64,000 nucleotides of DNA from a virus. Lineage: Duplodnaviria; Heunggongvirae; Uroviricota; Caudoviricetes. Below the pieces are notes generated by a model that made no database searches, had not been told where the DNA came from, and worked only from the letters and a program-made list of their open reading frames with translations. A program made the translations under genes and the position numbers. Shown in pieces: positions 7,764 to 16,041 of the stretch. Location: the IMG/VR virus record IMGVR_UViG_3300025898_000004, positions 30,452 through 94,451 of that record, one strand, 5' to 3'. The number at the start of each line of letters is the position of its first letter. The stretch's first letter is position 1.

Positions 7764-8429
7764 ATGACGATGATCATGGAAGAGAGGGATCGAATGACCG
7801 AACCCACCACACCATCACACTGGACAACCGACGTGGTCGAACGCCTGGACCTCATCCGCGCCGGCCACTACACACTGCCACAAGCCGCCGAGTACATCGG
7901 CCTGTCCGAAGCCACCGTACGGGACCTGCTGTCCCGCCCGGTGATCACCGCCACACACAACATGCTGGCTCCGATCAGCCGCCCGGCCATGCGCCTCGGT
8001 GGCGAACCCATCTACACCCGCCGCCAGCTGGACGAAGTCAACACCCGACGTGCGGCCACCCGGCGCTTGCGCTCCAGTGAGCTGGACAAACTGACGTTCG
8101 AGGAAGCCGAACGGCAACACCTCAGGTCGTACGCGGAGATGGCGGAACTGTTCAAGTTCCATGAGAACACGCTCCGGAAGTGGGGTGGCGCGCACGATGA
8201 CTTCCCCGTGGCCACGGCCAGTCGGGAACATCCGGGCGGCTACCCCGGTACCCCGACAGTCGTGTTTGACGCCGTGGAAGTGCTCCGGTGGCTGATCATT
8301 CACGACAAGGTCAAGGCGGAGGATTTCGAGGTGAACGGCCGGGTGGTCGTGTGCCTCATTCCGGACGACTCCGAAGAGGACGAAGACGGGGAACTCGAAG
8401 AGATCGAACAGGAAACCCTGGTTCCCTGA
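7764..8429 (+). CDS. helix-turn-helix DNA-binding protein (MerR/excisionase-like HTH 'LPQAAEYIGLSEATVRDLLS'), acidic C-terminal tail; possible switch regulator
   Basis: ORF track; HTH pattern; ATG 7764 would be leaderless, alternative ATG 7794 has RBS 'gagaggga'. Confidence 0.6.
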   Translation: MTMIMEERDRMTEPTTPSHWTTDVVERLDLIRAGHYTLPQAAEYIGLSEATVRDLLSRPVITATHNMLAPISRPAMRLGGEPIYTRRQLDEVNTRRAATRRLRSSELDKLTFEEAERQHLRSYAEMAELFKFHENTLRKWGGAHDDFPVATASREHPGGYPGTPTVVFDAVEVLRWLIIHDKVKAEDFEVNGRVVVCLIPDDSEEDEDGELEEIEQETLVP

Positions 8430-8517
8430 TACCCCTTCCCCTTGCGGGACAAGGAGATCACAATTCGGTGTGGACGGTCGCCCAACACGGGGCGGCCCCT
8501 CCACAGTGGAGACGATC

Positions 8518-8694
8518 ATGGAAAACCCCGTCAAGGGAACCGTCACCGAGTACCACCACGCACAGGTGATGATCCAAGGTGTACACATCTACATCGGCGA
8601 AAACATGTCCCTGGTTGGACGTGACCAAATCGACATGCTTTACTTGGATGGTCCACACCAGGGTGAACATGTCACTACCTACCGGGTTCGCTGA
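8518..8694 (+). CDS. hypothetical small protein (58 aa)
   Basis: Internal ATG of ORF 8470..8694 with 'ggagacg' RBS; moderate GC3; weak. Confidence 0.3.
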   Translation: MENPVKGTVTEYHHAQVMIQGVHIYIGENMSLVGRDQIDMLYLDGPHQGEHVTTYRVR

Positions 8695-8706
8695 CCCGAT
8701 ACGAAG

Positions 8707-8735
8707 AAAGCCCCGCGCCAGCAACGCGGGGCTTT
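8707..8735. terminator. hairpin aaagccccgcg/cgcggggcttt + T-rich tail (bidirectional)
   Basis: Seen directly between convergent genes. Confidence 0.7.
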
Positions 8736-8747
8736 CTGCTGTTCACA

Positions 8748-9527
8748 CTACCGCATGAGTGTGAACACAAACGCGCCAGCCACCACCGCCCCTGTGCCCA
8801 GCGACAAGCGACCCAGCACCAATTCCGCGCGGCTGTTCGCCTCCGTGTCGAACCGCAGGAACCTCGGCGTGCCCACCATCCGCCACACCTGGCCCCGGAT
8901 CGGCACCGGGAACCACACCGGGCATCCCTGGGTGGTCATGCAGTCCCCGATCATGTGCGTGACGCACCCGGCGGCCACGGCGACGCCGAACCACCGCGCG
9001 GTCAGCTCCGGCGGGGATCCGGCCCACAGGAACAGCGTGAGCACCCCGGCGCACCAGCCAGCCGTGAACAGTGTCAGGAACGGGTGCCGGTAGGCCCATT
9101 TGCCGGCCAGGGCGCGTACGGCGTAGGTGCCGAACACGAACAGCATGCCGCCGACGGCCCAGAGCCAGAACAGGTGGATCAGCCACCAGGTGAGCACGCC
9201 CGTGCCGGCCGCGAACAGGGCGGTGTGGGTGATGCCCCGGTGGCCGCCGTCGCGGTCGCGGTCCCGTTTCGCACGGGTGAGGGAGTAGAGCGTGCCGGAT
9301 AGGCCGTGAACGGCTTTGGACACGATGGTGGAGGCGCGGCCGAAGCTGTGTGCCACGGTGGCGTCCGGGTGATCGATGTCGGGGAACACGGCCGCGCCGA
9401 TGACGAGTCCGGTGACGGCGACGCCAAGGCTGAGCGGGAGGGGTGCGCCGGTCAGGGGTGCGCCGAAGGCGGCCAGGGTGATTCCGGCGGGTACGCCTTG
9501 GCGCGCGTGGGTTTTGCCCATGCACAT
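8748..9527 (-). CDS. membrane-bound metal-dependent hydrolase, YdjM/DUF457-like (His-rich motifs, several TM helices)
   Basis: ORF 8748..9605; ATG 9527 (MCMGK...) has RBS 'gaagaggag'; motifs 'GITHT', 'HMIGD' and TM segments resemble the LexA-regulon YdjM family (recalled). Confidence 0.55.
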   Translation of the reverse strand: MCMGKTHARQGVPAGITLAAFGAPLTGAPLPLSLGVAVTGLVIGAAVFPDIDHPDATVAHSFGRASTIVSKAVHGLSGTLYSLTRAKRDRDRDGGHRGITHTALFAAGTGVLTWWLIHLFWLWAVGGMLFVFGTYAVRALAGKWAYRHPFLTLFTAGWCAGVLTLFLWAGSPPELTARWFGVAVAAGCVTHMIGDCMTTQGCPVWFPVPIRGQVWRMVGTPRFLRFDTEANSRAELVLGRLSLGTGAVVAGAFVFTLMR

Positions 9528-9558
9528 GGTGTTGACTCCTCTTCGTGGTTGCATGACT

Positions 9559-9588
9559 ACTCTACCAAACAGTTGACCAACCAAGCAA
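9559..9588 (-). promoter_or_regulatory. promoter (TTGCTT-18-TAGAGT) for the hydrolase gene
   Basis: Reverse complement reading. Confidence 0.4.
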
Positions 9589-9601
9589 GTTAGGTTAAGG
9601 T
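9574..9601 (+). promoter_or_regulatory. promoter (TTGACC-16-TAAGGT) giving a leaderless transcript starting at ATG 9608
   Basis: Seen directly; -10 ends 7 nt before the ATG. Confidence 0.45.
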
Positions 9602-9607
9602 TCAACC

Positions 9608-9805
9608 ATGGACACCAAACACAAAGACCTCAAGAAGGGAATGGTCATCCTCACCGAAAAGGGATGGCGCACCGTGAAAGAAGTCCCGGTCGCGTGGCTC
9701 GCCGGCACCTTGCTGGTTACTTTCACCGACGGCACATCATCCATCCAGAGGCCCAGTTACCGGTGGGTTCGTCGCATGAACTTCCCGCCTCCCGTGAGGA
9801 GTTGA
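9608..9805 (+). CDS. hypothetical protein (65 aa), probably leaderless
   Basis: ORF track; no SD; promoter immediately upstream. Confidence 0.45.
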   Translation: MDTKHKDLKKGMVILTEKGWRTVKEVPVAWLAGTLLVTFTDGTSSIQRPSYRWVRRMNFPPPVRS

Positions 9806-9807
9806 GC

Positions 9808-10032
9808 ATGGCCAAGAAAGCCGAGGAGAGACACGACCCCGACCGGTATCGGGTGTTTCCTCGCCCGGCCGTCAAGAACAAGTTCCAGGGAGCCGTGGTC
9901 CGCGACGCGGACGCGGAACACACTCCGATCGTGACGTGCGGCCACGTCACGCACACCACACAGAAGGAAGCGACCGACTGTATACGTACGGTGGTCGCGC
10001 GCCGTTTCCCGTCGTTCAACATCGTCAACTAG
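9808..10032 (+). CDS. hypothetical protein (74 aa)
   Basis: ATG 9808 with RBS 'gaggag' 6 nt upstream inside ORF 9664..10032; overlaps upstream stop. Confidence 0.5.
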   Translation: MAKKAEERHDPDRYRVFPRPAVKNKFQGAVVRDADAEHTPIVTCGHVTHTTQKEATDCIRTVVARRFPSFNIVN

Positions 10033-10038
10033 GCGTGA

Positions 10039-10061
10039 GGGATGCCCGGTTCGGGCATCCC
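10039..10061 (+). terminator. hairpin gggatgcccg/cgggcatccc followed by ttgccgctcgttt
   Basis: Seen directly, 7 nt after stop of 9808..10032. Confidence 0.55.
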
Positions 10062-10097
10062 TTGCCGCTCGTTTCGTCACCACGGAAGGTGGGCAAG

Positions 10098-10472
10098 GTG
10101 AACAGCTCGGACCCGGGACATCTCGACCCGGACAGTGACATCTACGGCCGGCACGCGGCCGGACCGGACCGGCCGGTGGGGCTTCCTGTTCGACTGAACG
10201 GTCCCGCCGTATGGGCTGATCAAACTGTGGTGCTCCCGTGGTCGTTGGTGGCCATGGTCGCCGGATGGAGCACGGGCGGTCGACACGCGGTCCGGCCGGG
10301 GCATCCGGCGGGCATGTACTTCGAGCGGGCTGGGGTTGTGCATCACGAGCCGTTCTCCGCGTTGCAGAGCTACCCGCCAGAGCGTGTGGAGGGGATCCTT
10401 CCGTGGTCGCGGGTGGGCACGTTGCTTCGGCATGGAGAAAAGCCGCTCAAGAAGTTGACATCCCGCGACTGA
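10098..10472 (+). CDS. hypothetical protein (124 aa, GTG start)
   Basis: GTG with RBS 'ggaaggtggg' inside ORF 9936..10472; high GC3; 3' end contains the -35 of the next promoter. Confidence 0.4.
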   Translation: MNSSDPGHLDPDSDIYGRHAAGPDRPVGLPVRLNGPAVWADQTVVLPWSLVAMVAGWSTGGRHAVRPGHPAGMYFERAGVVHHEPFSALQSYPPERVEGILPWSRVGTLLRHGEKPLKKLTSRD

Positions 10473-10483
10473 GCGGTTAGGGT
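10455..10483 (+). promoter_or_regulatory. sigma70-like promoter (TTGACA-17-TAGGGT) in 'AGTTGACATCCCGCGAC' motif
   Basis: Seen directly. Confidence 0.55.
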
Positions 10484-10514
10484 TGTAGACACGGCAACCA
10501 AGGAGGACACCGAC

Positions 10515-10724
10515 ATGAACGGCAAGGACCACTACAACACGGGAATCCGGTGCCTCAACCAGGTCTCCGAACTGGTTGAGAAGGCCGGCGAGACCGGACA
10601 CATCACCGAGGCGGACAAAGGCACCCTGGACGTGCTGGCCACCCTCGGCAACATGCACTTCGCCGCCGCCACCGCCTACGCCCTCAACTTCGACCGCATT
10701 CCTGTCCGGAGCGTGACCGGATGA
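10515..10724 (+). CDS. hypothetical protein (69 aa)
   Basis: ORF track; strong RBS 'aaccaaggaggacaccgac' before ATG. Confidence 0.6.
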   Translation: MNGKDHYNTGIRCLNQVSELVEKAGETGHITEADKGTLDVLATLGNMHFAAATAYALNFDRIPVRSVTG

Positions 10725-11251
10725 CCACGACCATGGACCCGATCGCCGCTCACGTCGACTACGTACAGCGACTCTTGGCGCTCACGTCGAAGCCGGAGAC
10801 CGCCCGCGCCGTCCAGGCCGTGTTCACACACGGTCAGGACACGGCGGCCCCGGCCGCCGGTCGGCTGGCCCTGATCGGCTCCGCCGCCGCCCCGCGCGTC
10901 GCGCTGATCACCAAGGTAACCCCCACTCGCGTGCAGGTGTCCTACCTGACCGAAAGCGGCATCCGGCACGGCCGCACCATGGCCGCCTACAACTCCCACC
11001 CGATCCACCTGGACAGCTGGCCCGAAACCTACCGGGACAACGCCCGCACCGGATGGCACAAGAACCCCGAACGTCAGCTCTGGTCCACTGAAGATGACTA
11101 CGCGAACTACCACTACGAATGGGCGCTCAAGACGCAGGCCGTCTATCGCGCCGTGACACACTGCCCGTGGGTGGCGTTCGCGCCCATTCGCCACGCGTGG
11201 ATCCGCCGTCACCACCTGGCGATGATTCCCGAGAACGGAGAAACCAAGTGA
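10721..11251 (+). CDS. hypothetical protein (176 aa)
   Basis: ORF track; ATGA overlap with upstream gene. Confidence 0.55.
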   Translation: MTTTMDPIAAHVDYVQRLLALTSKPETARAVQAVFTHGQDTAAPAAGRLALIGSAAAPRVALITKVTPTRVQVSYLTESGIRHGRTMAAYNSHPIHLDSWPETYRDNARTGWHKNPERQLWSTEDDYANYHYEWALKTQAVYRAVTHCPWVAFAPIRHAWIRRHHLAMIPENGETK

Positions 11252-11631
11252 AGTTCACCGCGAATTATCAGAACGGCGGCCACGCCGAATTCGAATGGGA
11301 GGGCGACTCGGCCGACCCGGAACAGATGGACGACCTGTTGGAATCCGCGTACCGGGCGGCCCCGGGCGGTCTGTGCCATCAGTGCGCCGGGAAGTACTCC
11401 ATTTCGGAGGACACGGAGGTGTACGAGATCCGGGAAACCGACACCGGAAACAAGGTGTTCAGCGAACCGACCTGGGACGATCAGATTCGTGAATCCGCCA
11501 TTAATGCTACCAAGTTGAACGCCGAATTGGTGGCGAAGCTGGCCACGGTCGAACAGCAACGGTTCATGTTGGCGAACCGCCTTCGCAAGGCCGGGTTCAT
11601 GGTGGACCCGGACACCTGGGCCGTGTCCTGA
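11248..11631 (+). CDS. hypothetical protein (127 aa, GTG start)
   Basis: GTG with RBS 'ggagaaacc' in ORF 11119..11631; GTGA overlap with upstream stop. Confidence 0.5.
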   Translation: MKFTANYQNGGHAEFEWEGDSADPEQMDDLLESAYRAAPGGLCHQCAGKYSISEDTEVYEIRETDTGNKVFSEPTWDDQIRESAINATKLNAELVAKLATVEQQRFMLANRLRKAGFMVDPDTWAVS

Positions 11632-11990
11632 TGTCCCGCTGTCCCGGACGGCCGGGACACGGCGGGACACCGGACATCCCCGGGACACTAGACGTCGCAC
11701 CGGGACACCGTGTCCGGTGTCCCGGTCCTGTCCCGGGACACTCGGCGGGACATGTCCCGGCCGTTGTCCCGGCGAGCCCGGGACAAGGTGTCCCGCTGTC
11801 CCGGGACGTGTCCCGCCCGGCCCGGGACACTCGGCGGGACAACCCGGGACAGTGTCCCGGGACGTGTCCCGCCCGGCCCGGGACACTGTGTCCCGAGTGT
11901 CCCGGGCTCTTCACTGGGACAGTTGTCCCAGCTCGTCCCGCTATCGTGTCCCGCGTGTCCGGTCGCGCGGCCCCGGCGGAGCGCCGTCCA
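11632..11990. repeat. dense array (about 30 copies, both orientations) of the 7-8 bp motif TGTCCCGG/CCGGGACA, with longer direct repeats (e.g. cccgggacgtgtcccgcccggcccgggacact at 11797 and 11857)
   Basis: Seen directly; immediately 3' of the FtsK/TraB-like gene; candidate clt/TRS-like, parS-like or iteron array. Confidence 0.7.
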
Positions 11991-12054
11991 GTTCGGGAAG
12001 AACCCCGCCAGACACAGCACGGCCCCACCGATCCATGCCGGTGGGGCCGTGTCG

Positions 12055-12140
12055 TTTGTCCACTGGACGTGTGATCGTCCAGTGAGGGGGCTGGGGGAGT
12101 GTAACTACAGGTCAGAGCCTTGGAATCGTCCAGTGGACAA
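12055..12140. repeat. 13-bp inverted repeat tgtccactggacg ... cgtccagtggaca plus direct repeats of atcgtccagtg
   Basis: Seen directly between the repeat array and the stop of the translocase gene. Confidence 0.55.
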
Positions 12141-12151
12141 GGAATGGACGA

Positions 12152-14185
12152 TTACCCAGCGTTGACAAGCTCCTCGTTTGGCAACGTCCAGTTACCGCGC
12201 TTGGTGGCCCGTGCTCCCATCTCCGTCAACTTCGCGTACGTCCACGATCGTGCCCGCGTGGCCGATTTCGCCAGGTCCCGGACATGCGCCCCGTCCGGCC
12301 CGGCCGCCCGCAGGGCGGACACCAGCGCCTCAATCGCGTCCGACTCGGACAGCTTCGGCGGATCCAACTCCGCCATCAGCGCGTCCCGGGCCGCCTGCGC
12401 CATGTCCTGCTGTCCCGCCGTCAATGACTCCTGGTGCCGGCGCACCAGCTCCGCCAGCGGGACATCCGGCCCGTCCATCCACGTCGGTTCCGGGACATCC
12501 TGTCCCGCCTGTCCCACGTCATCCTGTCCCACGTTGTCCCGCCCTTGTCCCGCGTTGTCCCGGCTGTCCCGGGACATGTCCCGGGTGTCCGGGACAGTGT
12601 CCTGGTGTCCCGGGACAGGGTTGCCGTCATCGTCGAGCGGGACAACATGCGGCCGGTCCGCGTACAGCTGGGACACCGCTGTGGCCGCCGCCGACGACGT
12701 CTCGTCCAGTTCGCACGTGCGCCCTTGACGCAATTTGACGAGAGTGGACACGGTGGAGTCCGACACGTATTGAATACGAATCGGCATCCGATCGATCGTT
12801 TCGGCGTCCTGGTAGTAGCACGTTCCCGGCCGCGATTGCGGAATGAGGTTCGCGCCCACCTTCCCGTCCCGGCGTGTGCCGAACACGAAGTACTCCCCGT
12901 CTTCGCCTTGCATCCGGAAACAGAACCGCTGATCCAATTGTTCACGAACAAGGTTCGAGCCGTACGCCAACAGCGTCGGATACTGGGTGGCCTCCACGAT
13001 CTCGACACCGAGGGCGCGGCCCTTCTGAATGATCCGCTCCAACATTTCTAGTTGCTTGCGGTTCATCGCGCCGTTGAACGAGTGGCACTCGTCCACGACA
13101 ACCGTCAACACCGGGAATTCCGGTGTCATCGGCCAGCGGCGAACTTTCAGGACTTCCGCACAATACTTCGCGCGGGCGTCCACCACCGCTTCGAGCGCTT
13201 CGAGCATTTCCAGCGATTCGTCAAAGGTGGTGACGCACCAGTCCATGGCGTTGCGCCACGGTCCCAGTTCCATTCCGCCTTTGAGGTCGATTCCCCACAC
13301 CACGGCATTGCGGCAACACACCCGCGTGCCCACGATGATGTTGACCAGACCAGACTTGCCGGAGCCCTTCGCGCCGGCGAGCATCACGGACCGGGAGCCG
13401 TACTCCTTACTGTCTGTGAGGGTCATGGTCTTCAGAACCCCGTCCTCCCGGTAACCGAGAGTGATCGGGTCGCAGGCGTCCAGCTCCCGGACGTACCACT
13501 CCCCGTTGATCTCCTCGGCGGGAATCTCCCAGTTGATCCCTTTCTCATGCGGGTCCGTCACGAACGCCTTGAACGTGACCGAATTCGAGTCCCGGCCGTT
13601 CCTTTCCATGCGGAGCGTGCCAGTCGGCAACGCCAATGCGCCTTCGATACGCTCCCGCTTCTCCAGGATCTCCGCCACTGTGTAGTCCCCGGCGGGCCAC
13701 ACCAGACGGCCCTCGAAATTGCCGCCACCGTGCGCCCGAATAGCGACCGTGCGCACGGTGTCTATGCGCAACTTCCGTGCCAGCGCCGGCCACCGCTCCA
13801 CCGTTTCCGTGAGGGTGACCCGTGTCCGTCGCCGATTGTTCCGCCACCACGGGATACCCATGGCCAGGCCAGCGCCGGCCGTGATTGGCGCGGTCCACGA
13901 AAAGTGCGACCAGCCAAGTTCATGCAACGTGAGCACGACCGAACTGGACGCGGCCAACACGCTGAACAGGTACAGCTTGTTCCGGTCGTCGCCGCCGTAC
14001 GCGGAGATCCACGACCCGGCCGCCGTCGCGGCCCCGGCGACCCCGAGGGCCACCGGGGCAAACGGCGCGTACTGCGAGATCTCACCCAGTGCGACAGTGC
14101 CGGCGGTGACGAACATAGGCGTCAACTCCGACCGGCGACGGCGCATGGTGCCGAACACTGCTCCCGTCACCTTTGTGACGCTCAT
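12152..14185 (-). CDS. FtsK/SpoIIIE/TraB-like membrane DNA translocase (N-terminal TM helices, Walker A GAKGSGKS, Walker B VVVDECH, C-terminal winged-helix-like domain; repetitive RD/GQ-rich linker encoded by the TGTCCCG repeats)
   Basis: ORF track (677 aa); motif inspection; RBS 'aaggaaagggg' before ATG. Confidence 0.75.
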   Translation of the reverse strand: MSVTKVTGAVFGTMRRRRSELTPMFVTAGTVALGEISQYAPFAPVALGVAGAATAAGSWISAYGGDDRNKLYLFSVLAASSSVVLTLHELGWSHFSWTAPITAGAGLAMGIPWWRNNRRRTRVTLTETVERWPALARKLRIDTVRTVAIRAHGGGNFEGRLVWPAGDYTVAEILEKRERIEGALALPTGTLRMERNGRDSNSVTFKAFVTDPHEKGINWEIPAEEINGEWYVRELDACDPITLGYREDGVLKTMTLTDSKEYGSRSVMLAGAKGSGKSGLVNIIVGTRVCCRNAVVWGIDLKGGMELGPWRNAMDWCVTTFDESLEMLEALEAVVDARAKYCAEVLKVRRWPMTPEFPVLTVVVDECHSFNGAMNRKQLEMLERIIQKGRALGVEIVEATQYPTLLAYGSNLVREQLDQRFCFRMQGEDGEYFVFGTRRDGKVGANLIPQSRPGTCYYQDAETIDRMPIRIQYVSDSTVSTLVKLRQGRTCELDETSSAAATAVSQLYADRPHVVPLDDDGNPVPGHQDTVPDTRDMSRDSRDNAGQGRDNVGQDDVGQAGQDVPEPTWMDGPDVPLAELVRRHQESLTAGQQDMAQAARDALMAELDPPKLSESDAIEALVSALRAAGPDGAHVRDLAKSATRARSWTYAKLTEMGARATKRGNWTLPNEELVNAG

Positions 14186-14200
14186 GTCCGTCCCCTTTCC

Positions 14201-15148
14201 TTACGCGTTCGGTACGGCAATTCCGCTGCGGTACAGCGACAGCAACGGCCCATACACGGTTTCGATGGTGTTCACAATCGCGGTCCACTGGGAGGCTTCC
14301 GCGTCGGCCAAATCAACCAACGGCTTCAGCCCGTGAACCACCAGCGGATCCATGTTCAGGCGACCAATCAAGGTCTTCTGAAGCTCGTGCAACGCGTCCG
14401 CCTTGTCGCTGGCCGCCGCCGCCAGTCCGGCGACGAGATCCAGAATTTCCTGCGTGCTTCGGGGGATCGCTTCGCCTACCCCGGTCCATGCTCGTGCGAC
14501 GGCGTGCGCCGTGCTTGTGCTGTCGGACATGACTGCACGTCCCCTTTCTTCGATCCTGCGTCGGTGGCGTTCCACGTAGGTGGATGCCTTGTGGTGCCCG
14601 GCGGTGGTTGGTGTGGCCCGGTGCCGGCCGGCGGGTGCGCCGGGTGTGGGCCGGACCTTCACCTTCCCCCTGTGGCGGGATTTGTAGCTGTGGTGCAACG
14701 TGGCTGGAGTGTGCGGTTTCGGTTCCCGTTTCTCCCCGTTGTGTTTCTCGATGTAATGCAAATTCAGGGCCATGGTGCTGGTGAACGTCTCGCCGCAAAT
14801 GCAGTGAACGGCGTGTTTGACGCGCCATTCGCCGCGTTTACGTTCTATCTTCGGCACCTTGTGGGGTGCCCATTTTGGCGCGCGGCTTTTCTGGACGTGT
14901 CGGCGTACATGGGGTGCGACGGCGCGGGTTCCTTCGATCGCGCCGACGGTGGCCCCGGCCGCCGCGTAGCCGGCGATTTTCACTGCGCCCAACGTGATGT
15001 GCAGCACTGGCCGCAACAGCTTGTGTTTGCGGGGAACACGGTCCGCCAGTCCGGACCGGTACCACTTGGTTTTTCGGACGTGACTGGCGAACCGCTTTCC
15101 CATGGTGGTTGACGTGTCGGTGGTGCGTTGCGCCTTGCCTTTCGACAT
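14201..15148 (-). CDS. basic protein with C2H2-like zinc finger (CICGETFTSTMALNLHYIEKH), 315 aa
   Basis: ORF track; RBS 'ggagaggag' before ATG; operonic with the translocase. Confidence 0.55.
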   Translation of the reverse strand: MSKGKAQRTTDTSTTMGKRFASHVRKTKWYRSGLADRVPRKHKLLRPVLHITLGAVKIAGYAAAGATVGAIEGTRAVAPHVRRHVQKSRAPKWAPHKVPKIERKRGEWRVKHAVHCICGETFTSTMALNLHYIEKHNGEKREPKPHTPATLHHSYKSRHRGKVKVRPTPGAPAGRHRATPTTAGHHKASTYVERHRRRIEERGRAVMSDSTSTAHAVARAWTGVGEAIPRSTQEILDLVAGLAAAASDKADALHELQKTLIGRLNMDPLVVHGLKPLVDLADAEASQWTAIVNTIETVYGPLLSLYRSGIAVPNA

Positions 15149-15151
15149 CGC

Positions 15152-15931
15152 TTACTCCTCTCCGACGGCTCGCTGTTCGAGTCCGGCGCGGATGCGGCCC
15201 AGCGTCTTGCGGGTGGTGTCTTTCTTGGCGTCCAGGTGAACGCCAACGTGGGTGTGCACCGTGGCCGGCGTGGCGTCCGGGTTGTCGTCCAGGTACCGGG
15301 TGATGGCGGCCCGGAGGTCCATGTCCGGGGTGAGCCAGTCCGGCGCGGGCGCGGTCATCTCGGTGACGCTGGCCAACGGTTCCGGGGCGGCCGGCGACTC
15401 TGGTGCCGGCACGGGGGCTGGAATCTGAGCCGGAGTGGCCTTCGGCTTCGGCGCTGGTGTGGCGGTCGCGGTCTTCGTGGCGCGTGCCTTGCGGATGGTG
15501 GTGAGGCCACGGCGCATGACCAGCATGTGAATGACGGCCGCCAGCGTTGCCGGCGGAATCGCGCCGACCAGCAGCACGACACCCCAGACGGGGGCGAGTT
15601 TCTCGACGTTGAGGAACAGGTCCAGTCCGTTGGCTCCCAGGGACAGGCTGATGGCGGTGAGTGCCAGTCGCCGGGAGTAGCGGCGGGTGTCGTTGTCGGT
15701 CGTGCGGGACAGCCAGATTCGGGTAGAGGTGTATGCCACCGCGTCCAAACAGACGGGCCATACCCAGGACAGCCATCCGTTGAATCCGCACATGTCAGCG
15801 AGGTCACGTGAGGAGTTGAACGACAGCACGGCCGCGCCCCCCACGATGAGGCTGGACATGGCGTGAATGTCCAGCTCAGAGAACCAGCGTGAGCCTTTTT
15901 CGGGCAGGCTGGTTCGACCTTCCGCGTTCAC
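15152..15931 (-). CDS. DUF2637-like membrane protein (Spd-like, as found beside TraB in actinomycete conjugative elements), C-terminal Pro/Ala-rich linker
   Basis: ORF track; GTG 15931 with AAGGAG 6 nt upstream; hydrophobic N-terminal half with 'WLSWVWPVCLDAVAY'. Confidence 0.5.
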   Translation of the reverse strand: MNAEGRTSLPEKGSRWFSELDIHAMSSLIVGGAAVLSFNSSRDLADMCGFNGWLSWVWPVCLDAVAYTSTRIWLSRTTDNDTRRYSRRLALTAISLSLGANGLDLFLNVEKLAPVWGVVLLVGAIPPATLAAVIHMLVMRRGLTTIRKARATKTATATPAPKPKATPAQIPAPVPAPESPAAPEPLASVTEMTAPAPDWLTPDMDLRAAITRYLDDNPDATPATVHTHVGVHLDAKKDTTRKTLGRIRAGLEQRAVGEE

Positions 15932-16041
15932 TGTCAACTCCTTTGCTCCGTTTGCGGGTAGACAACCTCCTTGGTTATGGGAGAGGATATGCCCGCGCGG
16001 GGGAGTCCCGCAAGACAGGTTGGATTTACCAGGGAGTGGAA

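Noticed and set aside
7815-8588. 257-aa minus-strand ORF
   Set aside because: Antisense to the HTH regulator gene, which has a promoter and HTH motif.
10077-10658. 193-aa minus-strand ORF
   Set aside because: Antisense to plus-strand genes with promoter and RBS; junk-like composition.
11632-11990. Possible CRISPR array
   Set aside because: Repeats are 7-8 bp, in both orientations and irregularly spaced; no unique spacers and no cas genes.
11631-12165. Multiple overlapping ORFs in all frames (11631..12074, 11710..12165, 11717..12085, 11597..12028, 11688..12020)
   Set aside because: All are generated by the TGTCCCGG repeat array, so frame-specific coding signal cannot be judged. Not annotated as CDS; kept as an open question in findings.
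13052-15112. 686-aa plus-strand ORF
   Set aside because: Antisense to the FtsK/TraB-like and Zn-finger genes; high-GC genomes give long spurious antisense ORFs; no RBS or motifs.
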